Source: Nitrospirae bacterium GWF2_44_13 (GTDB lineage Bacteria > Nitrospirota > Thermodesulfovibrionia > Thermodesulfovibrionales > UBA1546). From it: 64,000 nt of DNA. Below are positions 52,800-62,900 of this stretch, in pieces. The DNA is taken from the NCBI GenBank assembly GCA_001805105.1, contig MHEE01000015.1:208778-272777 (forward strand). The letters run 5' to 3'. Position 1 is the first letter of the stretch. Each line of letters opens with the position of its first letter. The notes below the pieces were generated by a model. That model was not told where the DNA came from, ran no database searches, and saw only the letters and a program-made list of their open reading frames with translations. Position numbers and translations under genes: made by a program.

Positions 52800-53999
52800 A
52801 TGAAAAACATCAGAAAAATAGTCCTTGGAAACAAAATCAACTCAAAGGTATTCTCCCCCGAGCGGCTCGGGGTCTATATCGTCGGAGGGTATCTTAGGAA
52901 TCTCCTAATTGGCAAGGAATCAAAAGATATTGACTATATTGTCCGCGGAGATATCAAGGAATTTGCAGCGCAGCTGCTTGTGCAGAAGCGCGGCAGCGCA
53001 ACCATAGTTGAATTAAAAAAGGAGCGGATGATAAGGATTGTTCTTAAAAACGGGCTTACCCTTGATTTTACAGAACTCAAAGGTGATATTAAGGGCAATC
53101 TTGGAGAGAGGGATTTCACAATGAATGCTGTCGCATGGTCACCCGGCACAGGCACTATTGATCCGTTTAACGGCGTAAAAGACATCGCAAAGCACAGGAT
53201 TAAAGCTATATCAATAGATAATTTCAGGAATGACCCGTTAAGGCTGCTAAGAATTTACCGCTTTGTTTCAGAACTCGGATGGAAGGCAGAGCCTGAAACC
53301 AGAAAAATGGCAAGACATCTGAGAGAAGAAATCAGGAAATCAGCGTCTGAAAGGATCACGCTTGAGTTTTTTAAGCTCCTTAATTTTAAAAACTTCCACA
53401 ATGCCCTGAAAATAGCGTCAGATGATGGGCTGCTTGAATGCTTCCTGTCCATAACACATAAAGGTGTTTCTGAAAATATCAAAAGTATTCCTCGTCTTGA
53501 ATCGGAAATTAAAAAACTTCCATCAAAATTCAAGCAGAATCTTGAAAAACCTTTTTCTCAGGAATTAACGCTTCACGGGCTTCTCCGGCTTGAGCATGTC
53601 CTTTACGGCTCGGCATTGAACAGAAACAGGCTAAGGTTGAGCAGAGTGATCAGAGAAAGGCTTAAGATAACGCATAAGCTTCTTCACAAAACAAAAAAAC
53701 AGGATATATTTTCTCAGAAAAATCTCTTTGAAACTTTCTTTAAGGCAAAAGATTCTGCCTTTGACCTCCTGATTCTCTCAGAAAATGTAAAACTTCTTAG
53801 TCAATTTGAAAGGTTTAAGAAGATATGGAAAAGAAGTTTTCTTACGTCAGAGGAGATTATGGATATAACAGGGCTTAAAGGAGGAGTAAAACTCGGAAAG
53901 CTCATTTATGGATTGAAAAAGATACAGTTTGAAGATACGCTTAAGACGAAAAAAGAGACAGAGGAATGGCTGAAACAAGAAAGGAGAATCCGCCATTAA
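52800..53999 (+). CDS. cca: CCA-adding enzyme / poly(A) polymerase-family tRNA nucleotidyltransferase
   Basis: Head-domain motif VGGYLRNLLIGKESKDIDYIV...ERDFTMNA. Confidence 0.8.
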   Translation: MKNIRKIVLGNKINSKVFSPERLGVYIVGGYLRNLLIGKESKDIDYIVRGDIKEFAAQLLVQKRGSATIVELKKERMIRIVLKNGLTLDFTELKGDIKGNLGERDFTMNAVAWSPGTGTIDPFNGVKDIAKHRIKAISIDNFRNDPLRLLRIYRFVSELGWKAEPETRKMARHLREEIRKSASERITLEFFKLLNFKNFHNALKIASDDGLLECFLSITHKGVSENIKSIPRLESEIKKLPSKFKQNLEKPFSQELTLHGLLRLEHVLYGSALNRNRLRLSRVIRERLKITHKLLHKTKKQDIFSQKNLFETFFKAKDSAFDLLILSENVKLLSQFERFKKIWKRSFLTSEEIMDITGLKGGVKLGKLIYGLKKIQFEDTLKTKKETEEWLKQERRIRH

Positions 54000-54927
54000 A
54001 CGCTACATCCTAAAAAGGTTTTTTATCTTAGTCCTTCTCCTGTTCGGCATTACGCTTCTTACATTTTCACTTACAAAGGCGCTTCCCGGAGACCCTGTGC
54101 AGAGCATGGTCGGCGAGAGGGCGCAGCCTGAAGTAATAGAAAAGATAAGAAAAGAACTCGGCGCTGATAAAGACGTCTTCAGCCAGTATGCAGGATACAT
54201 AAAACTCTTACTCCAGGGCGAGATGGGAAGGTCATATTACACAAACAGAAAAGTCCTTGACGACATACTTATAAAATTCCCCAACACTATGAAACTCGCA
54301 TTCGGAGCAATGGTCATTGCAGTCCCGATAGGAATTTTTTTAGGTTTTATTGCCGCATATAAAAAAGATACACCTGTTGACAGGATTATATCGGCTGTCT
54401 CCATAACAGGCCTGAGCGTTCCTGTATTCTGGAGCGGCCTTCTCATAATGCTGTTTCTCAGCCTTAAACTGAGACTTTTCCCGCCGTCAGGCACGGGTGA
54501 CTTGCGATTTCTCGTTATGCCTGCTCTTACACTATCTCTTCCTGCCATTGCAATGCTCGCAAGAATTACACGCACCTCTATAATAGAAATAACAGGAATG
54601 CCTTTTATAGGCACGGCAAGGGCAAAAGGCCTGACCGTCTTTAGAATTAATGCCATACACATATTCAGAAATATACTTATCCCTTTGGTCACTGTAATCG
54701 GGCTTGATATCGCAAGTTATTTAAACGGCGCCGTGCTTACGGAAACGATTTTCGGCTGGGACGGCATCGGAAGATTTACGATGGACGGAATAATAAAGAG
54801 GGATTATCCTGTTATCATGGGGTGCATAATCATAGGCACCGTTGTTTTTGTTCTTATCAATATCATAGTTGACGTCCTGTATCACTATCTTGATCCGAGG
54901 GTAAGGCTCTATGCATCTGACAGGTAA
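53995..54927 (+). CDS. ABC peptide/nickel-type transporter permease (DppB/OppB-like), probable ATT start
   Basis: The family-typical N-terminus (I)KRYILKRFFILVLLLFGITLLTF...LPGDP lies upstream of the first ATG at 54097. The frame opens after a TGA at 53971. The only plausible initiator is ATT at 53995, with AAGGAG 8 nt upstream. Confidence 0.7.
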   Translation: MKRYILKRFFILVLLLFGITLLTFSLTKALPGDPVQSMVGERAQPEVIEKIRKELGADKDVFSQYAGYIKLLLQGEMGRSYYTNRKVLDDILIKFPNTMKLAFGAMVIAVPIGIFLGFIAAYKKDTPVDRIISAVSITGLSVPVFWSGLLIMLFLSLKLRLFPPSGTGDLRFLVMPALTLSLPAIAMLARITRTSIIEITGMPFIGTARAKGLTVFRINAIHIFRNILIPLVTVIGLDIASYLNGAVLTETIFGWDGIGRFTMDGIIKRDYPVIMGCIIIGTVVFVLINIIVDVLYHYLDPRVRLYASDR

Positions 54928-55714
54928 AATAGCCAGCTCTGTAATAATTATAATATCCATCCTTGCGGTATTTTCCTCTGTTCTTTCACCTTATGACCCT
55001 GAAAAAATTGACCTTGACAGCATAAAAGAACCGCCTGGCATAAAACATCCGTTTGGTACTGACAACAAAGGAAGAGATATTCTTTCAAGGGTGCTTTACG
55101 GCGGAAGAATATCCGTAAGCATTGCCGTGATAGCGGCATCCATCTCTATGTTCCTCGGGCTTGTTATGGGGCTCTGCTCAGGCTATCTCGGCGGCAAGAT
55201 TGATACGGCAATCATGGCTGTTGTAGACCTCATTCTTGCATTCCCTTCCCTGCTGCTTGCAATAGGCGTCTCCATCATATTCCCTGCCGGAATATATACG
55301 GTGATGATCGCTATAGCCTTTGTGGGGTGGGCTTCATTCGCGCGGCTCATAAGGGGACACGTCTTAACCTTAAAAGAGGAAGCATACATAGAAGCCGCTG
55401 AAGCCATTGGATGCAGCAGATTCAGGATACTCTTCGTGCACCTAATGCCTCAGTGCCTTCCTATCGGACTTGTTATGGCAGGAATCAAACTCGGCGGATA
55501 CGTTTTAACAGAAGCATCGCTGAGTTTTTTAGGGCTTGGCGCCCAGCCTCCGATGCCGACATGGGGCTCTATGGTAAGCATGAACAGGGCCTATATTGCG
55601 TCAGAGCCGTGGATGGTTTTATTTCCCGGGTTGGCAATAGCCGTTACAGCGCTGTGCTTTAATGTCTTAGGCGATGCCCTTAGAGATAAATCCGGGTTAA
55701 AAGTAAAAATGTAA
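54911..55714 (+). CDS. ABC peptide/nickel-type transporter permease (DppC/OppC-like)
   Basis: PFGTDNKGRDILSRVLYG N-terminal motif and an EAA-loop region EAAEAIGCSRFRILFVHLMP. Confidence 0.85.
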   Translation: MHLTGKIASSVIIIISILAVFSSVLSPYDPEKIDLDSIKEPPGIKHPFGTDNKGRDILSRVLYGGRISVSIAVIAASISMFLGLVMGLCSGYLGGKIDTAIMAVVDLILAFPSLLLAIGVSIIFPAGIYTVMIAIAFVGWASFARLIRGHVLTLKEEAYIEAAEAIGCSRFRILFVHLMPQCLPIGLVMAGIKLGGYVLTEASLSFLGLGAQPPMPTWGSMVSMNRAYIASEPWMVLFPGLAIAVTALCFNVLGDALRDKSGLKVKM

Positions 55715-55735
55715 TATCTGCGGCTCACAGGGAGG

Positions 55736-56293
55736 TTACGACTCCCGTATCCTCTCTTCTTCTTCCTGCTGGGTCTTGCATTCCATACAGAGCGTAGTTA
55801 CAGGCCTCGCGTCAAGTCTTTTGATATTTATCTCCATGCCGCACTCATCGCATATTCCAAATGTACCGTTATCTATTCTGTCCAGCGCATCGTCAATTTT
55901 CTTGATTAGTTTCTGTTCCCTGCTTCTGAGCCTGAGCATAAAATTCCTGTCTGTTTCTGCCGTTGCCTGGTCGCCCATATCAGGGAATACAGTCTGTCCC
56001 GGCAGGGCATTTAAAGCCTCTTTAGCCTCTGCGAGCAACAACGCTCTCTGCTTCAATATTTTTTTTCTTATCTCGTGAAGTTTCTTTACCCTGAAAATGT
56101 CCCTGAGAGTAGGTTTCTTGGCCTTTTCCTTCTGTGCAGCGGCTTTTACCGCCTTTAATTTTACCCGTGTCTTTGGGACTGCAGGCTTCCTGCTTTTCTG
56201 CTGTTTCTTTGAAGGTTTTGAGGAACGGGCTAATTTATTTTTCCCCGCCTTCTTAGCTGCTGCTGAAGTCTTAGTTTTTTTCTTCTTTGTCAT
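55736..56293 (-). CDS. DksA/TraR-family C4 zinc-finger protein with an ~80-aa lysine-rich N-terminal extension
   Basis: C-terminal CDECGMEI...CMECK zinc finger and a coiled-coil region. The N-terminus is MTKKKKTKTSAAAKKAGKNK... Confidence 0.8.
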   Translation of the reverse strand: MTKKKKTKTSAAAKKAGKNKLARSSKPSKKQQKSRKPAVPKTRVKLKAVKAAAQKEKAKKPTLRDIFRVKKLHEIRKKILKQRALLLAEAKEALNALPGQTVFPDMGDQATAETDRNFMLRLRSREQKLIKKIDDALDRIDNGTFGICDECGMEINIKRLDARPVTTLCMECKTQQEEEERIRES

Positions 56294-56410
56294 CGTTAGC
56301 TCCTGAAAGAATTTTTTTAACCTAACAGAAACAGTGCTGCTTAGTCAAGGTGCACTCAGGGACAAGGAATTATTGTTGACAAAAAAAGAAGTATATAAAA
56401 CAATAGGGAT

Positions 56411-57451
56411 ATGACAAAAGAGATATTCCCCGAAGGCCAGGTAATATTCAAGAATAAGCCTTACACGAGTGAGTTTCTTAGCATTACCATGGATGAGATA
56501 GACAAGGCAGGAGAATCATTCTTGGGGATGCTCAAAGCCGATGAACCGGACGCTGCCTATTTCCTGTTTTTCCTTAAGGGAGACGCTTATGCGGCAGGCT
56601 GCATCAGAAACGACAAGCCCATGCCGATAAGCATAAAGGATTTCATGCAGCATATTTCAACAGATGCATCCAAGAGAACACTTTCCCTGCATAAAACAGA
56701 CCCTGTGCTGCTTAAGGGGATGCTCGTGTTCCTTCAGAGAGATCCTTCCACAAAAGTAACAACAGACATGATTAATCTTGACAGCTTCCTTAACCAGATT
56801 AAGAGCGAACAGGCAGCAGCCTTTGTCATCCTGAAAAGAAATAATACTTACAACTTCTTTTATTTTCATTCCGGCGAACCGAAAATGGCGCATTTTGCAG
56901 ACGCATCACATGCAGGAATAACAGACAGCCCCATCGCAGAGCAGATGCTCCTTTACGCATATCCTGCTGATAAAACACCTGTTGAGGTATTGGTCTACCG
57001 CGATATTAAAACATCTGAAGCAAGCGATACTGCTGATGTAAAACAATTCCTGATAGCCGATGATCTAATGCACGAATCCCGAAGCATCGGGACAAAGCAG
57101 GCGGATGTGGCCCCTCCTCCAGTCCCGGGCATCTCGGGAGCAGAAAAAGAGGAAAAAGCATTAAGGGTAAGGATTGAGGTTACAGATGGGCCGCAAAAGG
57201 GCAATAAATTTAATGTACCGCTTCCTTGCACGATAGGCAGAAGAGACGCAACTATCAGGATTAGAGATATGACTGTCTCAAAAACACATGCAGCCCTTGA
57301 GGTGAATGAGGGTAAAATCATTTTCAGAGACCTGGACAGCACAAATGGCAGTATTGTTAACGGGAAACCGGTTAAGGAGATTGAATTGTCGAGTGGTTCT
57401 ACTGTACAGATGGGCAATACCACTTTGAAAATTCATTTTGTAACAAGCTGA
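56411..57451 (+). CDS. FHA-domain protein with an uncharacterised N-terminal domain
   Basis: C-terminal FHA signature CTIGRRDATIRIRDMTVSKTHAALE...FRDLDSTNGSIVNG. Confidence 0.8.
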   Translation: MTKEIFPEGQVIFKNKPYTSEFLSITMDEIDKAGESFLGMLKADEPDAAYFLFFLKGDAYAAGCIRNDKPMPISIKDFMQHISTDASKRTLSLHKTDPVLLKGMLVFLQRDPSTKVTTDMINLDSFLNQIKSEQAAAFVILKRNNTYNFFYFHSGEPKMAHFADASHAGITDSPIAEQMLLYAYPADKTPVEVLVYRDIKTSEASDTADVKQFLIADDLMHESRSIGTKQADVAPPPVPGISGAEKEEKALRVRIEVTDGPQKGNKFNVPLPCTIGRRDATIRIRDMTVSKTHAALEVNEGKIIFRDLDSTNGSIVNGKPVKEIELSSGSTVQMGNTTLKIHFVTS

Positions 57452-57466
57452 AACAAGGAGGGCATA

Positions 57467-57997
57467 ATGGTAATTGGAAAACCTTTTTTTACGGCAGAGC
57501 AGATTAATAATAAAGTTAAAGAACTCGCTGACAGGATATCAGCGGATTATGAGGGGAAAAATCTTCTTGCTATTGGAATACTGAAAGGGGCCTTCATGTT
57601 CTATTCCGACCTTGTGAGAATGATAAAAGTTCCCCTCACCATTGACTTCATAACAGCTTCAAGTTATCTGAAAACCATCTCAACGGAAAAGGTCAGCATC
57701 CACTGTGACATCAGAGAAGACATCAGGGGCAAAGATGTCCTGCTTATTGAAGACATTGCAGATTCAGGCATAACTCTTAATTATATCCGTGAGCGAATAC
57801 TCGCGGCATCGCCAAGCAGTGTCAGGATATGCGTATTCCTAAATAAATGCGGCCGCAGGGTAGTGGACGTGCCTCTTGATTATATAGGTTTTGAGATACC
57901 GAATGAATATGTGGTAGGCTATGGCCTTGACTATGACAACAAATTCAGAAACCTTCCATACATATCCATTTTTAAAAAGACTACTGATGAGGGGTAA
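57467..57997 (+). CDS. hpt: Hypoxanthine phosphoribosyltransferase
   Basis: PRPP-binding motif VLLIEDIADSGITL. Confidence 0.9.
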   Translation: MVIGKPFFTAEQINNKVKELADRISADYEGKNLLAIGILKGAFMFYSDLVRMIKVPLTIDFITASSYLKTISTEKVSIHCDIREDIRGKDVLLIEDIADSGITLNYIRERILAASPSSVRICVFLNKCGRRVVDVPLDYIGFEIPNEYVVGYGLDYDNKFRNLPYISIFKKTTDEG

Positions 57998-58018
57998 TGA
58001 AGGAGCAGGGGAGACAAT

Positions 58019-58390
58019 ATGTTTGAATTGATGGTAGATACGACATTTGCCGCCGCACACCAGTTGAGAGGCTACAAAGGCAAATGCGAACAGCTGCACG
58101 GGCATAACTGGAAAGTTCAGGTGCATGTTGTTGCCGAAAAACTTAATGATGTGGACATGGCAATGGACTTTCACGATTTAAAAGAACTTCTAAATGAAGT
58201 TGTAGCTCCGTTAGACCACTCTTTCCTGAATGACATCTTTCCGTTTACGGAAAAGAATCCGTCATCTGAAAACATAGCAAAGTGGATATATGATTCCCTT
58301 AACAAAAAGTTGTCCGATGAACAGGTGCAGGTGTCTGCGGTCACGGTATGGGAATCAGAGACGGCAGCCGCAACATACTATGAAAACTAA
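58019..58390 (+). CDS. queD: 6-carboxy-5,6,7,8-tetrahydropterin synthase
   Basis: FAAAHQL...CEQLHGHNW motif. 123 aa. Confidence 0.9.
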   Translation: MFELMVDTTFAAAHQLRGYKGKCEQLHGHNWKVQVHVVAEKLNDVDMAMDFHDLKELLNEVVAPLDHSFLNDIFPFTEKNPSSENIAKWIYDSLNKKLSDEQVQVSAVTVWESETAAATYYEN

Positions 58391-59747
58391 CAGGGAGTTT
58401 GCGTCTAACTTGGTGGGGCTTGCCCTCAGAAACGGCGCGGAGCAGGCAGAGGCATACATAAAGTCATCCAGAAATCTGTCTCTGGAAGTGAAAAATCAGG
58501 AATTAGACGCCGTGGAATCCTCTCTGAGTTTCGGTTATTCCCTGCGCGTTATACGGAATGGGAAACTCGGATTTTCCTACTCAACATCTACTGATGAGTC
58601 GGAATCAGTCATAAAAAGTGCGATAGAGGCGGCAAAATGGGCTGATGCGGATGAATATCTGGACATGCCCCGAGTTGCTCGGGGCTCACCGCAGGCAACG
58701 GAATACGGAAGCCTTGAAGTATTTGACGGAAAGGGATGGGACATAAAAGAAGACGAGGCGGTAAAGCATGTTCTCATCATAGAAAAAGCGGCAAATGATT
58801 TTGACAAAAGGATAAAGAAAACGAGAAAGGCCACAGGGGCCTTCAGCAGCGGCGAGATATTTATACTGAATTCAAAAGGAATTGACATATCATATCCGTA
58901 TACAAAATTTACCGCGCAGGTTATGACCGTGGCCGAGGAAAACGGCGAGAGCCAGATGGGATGGGATTTCAACGGAAGCAGGCTTTTGCAAGACGTATCG
59001 TTTGAAGATGTCGGCAGAAATGCCGCAAAGCGTGCGGTCCAGATGCTTGGTGCAAAAAGGATTAACACCGTAAAAGCGCCCATAATCCTTGACAATTCAG
59101 TGGCATCCGAGTTTCTGGGCATATTTGCATCGTCTTTTTCAGCGGAATCAGTGCAGAAAGGCAGGTCGTTATTAAAAGATAAAATCGGGCAGAGGGTAAT
59201 AAGCCCGAAGGTCAATCTTATTGACAGCGGCATCATTCCGCGCAGGCTCGGCACAAGGCCTTTTGATGATGAAGGAGTTCTGACATCCGAAAAAGTTTTG
59301 ATAAAAGAGGGAGAGTTGATGGGCTTCCTTCACAATACTTACACCGCAAAAAAAGAAGGGGCGCATTCCACAGGCAATGCAGTTCGCGGAGGGAATGAAA
59401 AAATGGGGCTTCCATCAGCAGGGATATTAAATCTGTACCTGAAAACCTCTTCCGAATCCGATGTCATACCCTTCAACACTCTCATCGCATCTATGGATAA
59501 AGGCCTTTACATAACAGAGGCTATGGGCGTACATACTGCAAATCCCATAACAGGAGAATTTTCCATTGGAGTTTCGGGTTTGTGGATAGAAAACGGGATA
59601 ATAAGATTCCCCGTAAAAGAGGCTGTAATCTCAGGAGACATGCTCGGCCTTTTTGAGAGGATAGAGGCAGTAGGCGATGATATGAGATTCTACGGCAATA
59701 TAGGAACTCCGAGCCTGCTTATCGGGCCGACAGACATAAGCGCGTAA
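58380..59747 (+). CDS. TldD/PmbA-family metalloprotease-like protein
   Basis: N-terminus ...ALRNGAEQAEAYI and a C-terminus typical of the PmbA/TldD family. I start at the ATG at 58380, overlapping the queD stop; the track ORF from 58290 overlaps queD. Confidence 0.85.
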   Translation: MKTNREFASNLVGLALRNGAEQAEAYIKSSRNLSLEVKNQELDAVESSLSFGYSLRVIRNGKLGFSYSTSTDESESVIKSAIEAAKWADADEYLDMPRVARGSPQATEYGSLEVFDGKGWDIKEDEAVKHVLIIEKAANDFDKRIKKTRKATGAFSSGEIFILNSKGIDISYPYTKFTAQVMTVAEENGESQMGWDFNGSRLLQDVSFEDVGRNAAKRAVQMLGAKRINTVKAPIILDNSVASEFLGIFASSFSAESVQKGRSLLKDKIGQRVISPKVNLIDSGIIPRRLGTRPFDDEGVLTSEKVLIKEGELMGFLHNTYTAKKEGAHSTGNAVRGGNEKMGLPSAGILNLYLKTSSESDVIPFNTLIASMDKGLYITEAMGVHTANPITGEFSIGVSGLWIENGIIRFPVKEAVISGDMLGLFERIEAVGDDMRFYGNIGTPSLLIGPTDISA

Positions 59748-59779
59748 AACAAATCTAATACAAACGCAATAAATAGCGT

Positions 59780-59860
59780 GTCATTGCGAGGAGTGAAACG
59801 ACGAAGCAATCTTGTATTTACTGCGAGATTGCCACGCTCTCTTCGGTCGCTCGCAATGAC
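59780..59860. repeat. 81-bp compound palindromic element (GTCATTGCGAG...CTCGCAATGAC with inner GCAATCT/AGATTGC)
   Basis: The 11-bp terminal inverted repeats are perfect. It lies between two convergent genes. Confidence 0.85.
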
Positions 59861-59916
59861 AATGTAAAAATAGTTAATGCGTTTATATTAATCTGTTCCT
59901 CTTAGCCCTCTAAAAA

Positions 59917-62900
59917 TCACTTGCCCGTCTTCCCTATCGGAAAAGCCTGTCCGCTTATCGATATTGTCGGATACTGCGCCTTCTTAAAAACTCTTTCCGC
60001 AAGAACAGGCACTTCACTATCAACATAATCAGCAAGCTCTGTAGTCTTAACATATCCTGTCTTTCCCTTATCAGCCTTCCCCTTTAATCCTTCAACAAGC
60101 ACATAAGTGAACAGGCCATGCCCCTGATAACCTTCAACAGCCTCCTGCAAAGATGTTGAAGCTGAAAGGATGGTTGAGCCCACAGCCCTGCTTAATATCT
60201 TCATTGCAGTGTCTTCGCTCATTCCCCTTGTAAGCATCGCCACCTGTATTGCCTCTCCCAAAGCGCCTGCGCTGCATGTGTCAATAATAATCAGTTTCTT
60301 TGTTACCGGGATATTGGCTATAAGCTCTTTAAGCATTCCCTGCGGCAATGCATCTGTCTTTAGTTTTTCTGTTCTTGTTGAGCCGACATTTGAGGTAATA
60401 AGAAAATACTCTCCGTTATCAACTGTTCCGTGACTTGCAACAAAAAAGACAAATACATCGTCAGGGTTCAATGATTTATAGGCTTTAAGCTCTTTTATGA
60501 TGCTTTCATTTGTCGTCTTTTCTTTTGTAACGAGTTTTTTAATATTTACTTTTTCAAAAAGCCCTGCTGTAACTTTTTTAAGAGTATCTTCAAAAAGTTC
60601 TGCGTCTGAAACCGCATACTTGAGTTGCAGCTTCGGGTTTTTATATTCGTTGATACCTACTATAATGGCATTTAAAGACGGCTTTGTCAGGGATTTGAAT
60701 GTGGCGGTTATCTCATAAAGCACATCATTGCTCTGCATTGTATTTTCACCGTTAAAGGCGATTGCACGGATAGTGTTCAAGCCGTTTGAGAGTTTAAGAT
60801 TATATACCTTATAAACTGCCTTATAAACTGCCTTGTCGTCCTTAGGGATTATCTTTACTCCCCTTGCGCTGTCAAGGACTACAGCAGAGCCGTTGAGATA
60901 GAGCCTTATGTCTCCTATGCCTCCGCCAATGTCAGTTATCTTAAGGGTTATCGCTGCTACGTTCTTATCCGTGCTTTTCGGTGTATCAACAAGCGTTACA
61001 ACCGGCGGCTGCTTAACATCAGCCAATGTCTTAAAGTCTTTTAAAGAGCCGCCTGATAGGGCAAGTTTCACAAGGTCAGGACGATAAAATGCTTCGCGGT
61101 AATTTTCAATGCCATAGACGTTATTGCCGATTCTTACATTCAGGTGCTTGTCGCCATTGGCAGATGAGTTGTAATAGCCCTCAGGAGTAATCACTATCCA
61201 TTCGCCATCGGTGAAGCTGATAAATTGGGCAAGTTCTTTGCCTGTATTTATATCCCAGATTCTCGTTGTGCCATCAGCACTTCCTGAGAATGCATATCTG
61301 CTATCAGGGGAAAAGGCGATGGAAGTAACATATCTTGTATGTCCTAAAAAAGTTCTTATCTTTTTTTCAGTTGATATATCCCAGAGTCTTAGAGGATGAT
61401 AATTTTCGTCCCCTGACAATGCATAGTTACCGTCAGGAGAAAAAGCTAATGACTTAAGCCAACCATATGAGAACTCAGGAAATTTTCTTATCTCCTTTCC
61501 TGTTAATATATCCCATATCGTTATCGTTCCATCCACACTCCCCGACAAAACATACCTGCCATCAGGGGAAAAAGATGCGGAGAACCCCCTAGTTAAAAAT
61601 GTCCTTATTTCTTGCCCTGTTGATATATCCCAGAGTTTAATGCCTTTAGAATCACCCGACAATGCATATTTCCCGTCAGGGGAAAAGGCAACCGAGGTTA
61701 CACCACCAATAAGGTTTGTATGCCCTGTGAATGTCCTTATCTCTTTGCTTGTTTCCGCATCCCAGAGTTTGAGGGTGGCATCCAAATGTCCTGACAATAC
61801 ATATTTCCCATCGGGAGAAAAGGCTGCGGAATTAACCATGCTTTTATGCCCTGTAAATTGTTTTATCTCTTTGCCTGTTTCTATGTCCCAGAGTTTGAAG
61901 GTCACATCCTGACTTCCTGACAACACATATTTGCCGTCAGGGGAAAGAGCTATAGAGCTAATCCAGCTGCTATGCCCTGTAAAAACCTTTGTTTTTTTGC
62001 CTGTTGAAATATCCCAAAGCCTAAGGATGCCATCCTCGCCCCCTGCATACACGCCATTAGGAGAAAAAGCTACAGAGGAAACCTTAATTGAATGCCCTGA
62101 AAATGTCCTTATCTCTTTACCTGTTGCAACTTCCCAAAGTATAAGGGTCTTATCTTCACTTCCTGACAATGCATATCTGCCATCAGGGGAAAAGGCAACA
62201 GAGCTAACACTAGCTGTATGTCCCTTAAATGTCCTTATCTCTTTACCTGTTGCAACTTCCCAAAGTATAAGCTCCCAACTTCCAGACAATGCATATTTAC
62301 CATCAGGGGAAAAAACAACAGAATCAACTCCACCGATTACTCGCTCCATAGCAAATTGCCTTATTTCTTTTCCTGTAGAAATATCCCAGAGCTTAAGAGT
62401 GTCACCACCTCCACCTGACAATGCGTATCTGCCGTCAGGGGAAAAAGAGACTGAGTAAACATATTTTGTACCTTCTTCAAATGTCTTTACTTCTTTACCT
62501 GTAGCTACATCCCAGAGCTTGAGGGTTTTATCGCTGCTTCCTGACAATACATATCTGCCATTAGGGGAAAAAGCTACTGAGCTAACTTTATCTGTATGAC
62601 CTGAAAAAGTTCGTATCTCCTTGCCTGTTTCTACTTCCCAGAGTTTGAGGGTATGGTCATCATCAACCCCACCACCTGCCCCTGACAATGCATATTTCCC
62701 ATCAGGAGAAAACGCAACGGAGGCAATCCAACTTCTATGCCCTGTAAATGTCCTTATTTCTTTGCCCGAAGCAATATCCCACAGTTTGAGGGCTTTGTCC
62801 CAACCCCCAGACAATGCATATCTGCCGTCAGGGGAAAAGGCAACAGAGCTAACTTTATCTGTATGGCCTGAAAAAGTCCTTATCTCTTTTCCAGTTGCAA

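Noticed and set aside
54003-54200. Minus-strand 65-aa ORF between cca and the first ATG of the permease
   Set aside because: It is antisense to sequence that encodes the conserved permease TM1 in the plus frame.
58290-58379. 5' extension of the PmbA/TldD-like ORF into queD
   Set aside because: It overlaps 100 nt of queD in another frame. The family-like N-terminus starts at the ATG at 58380.
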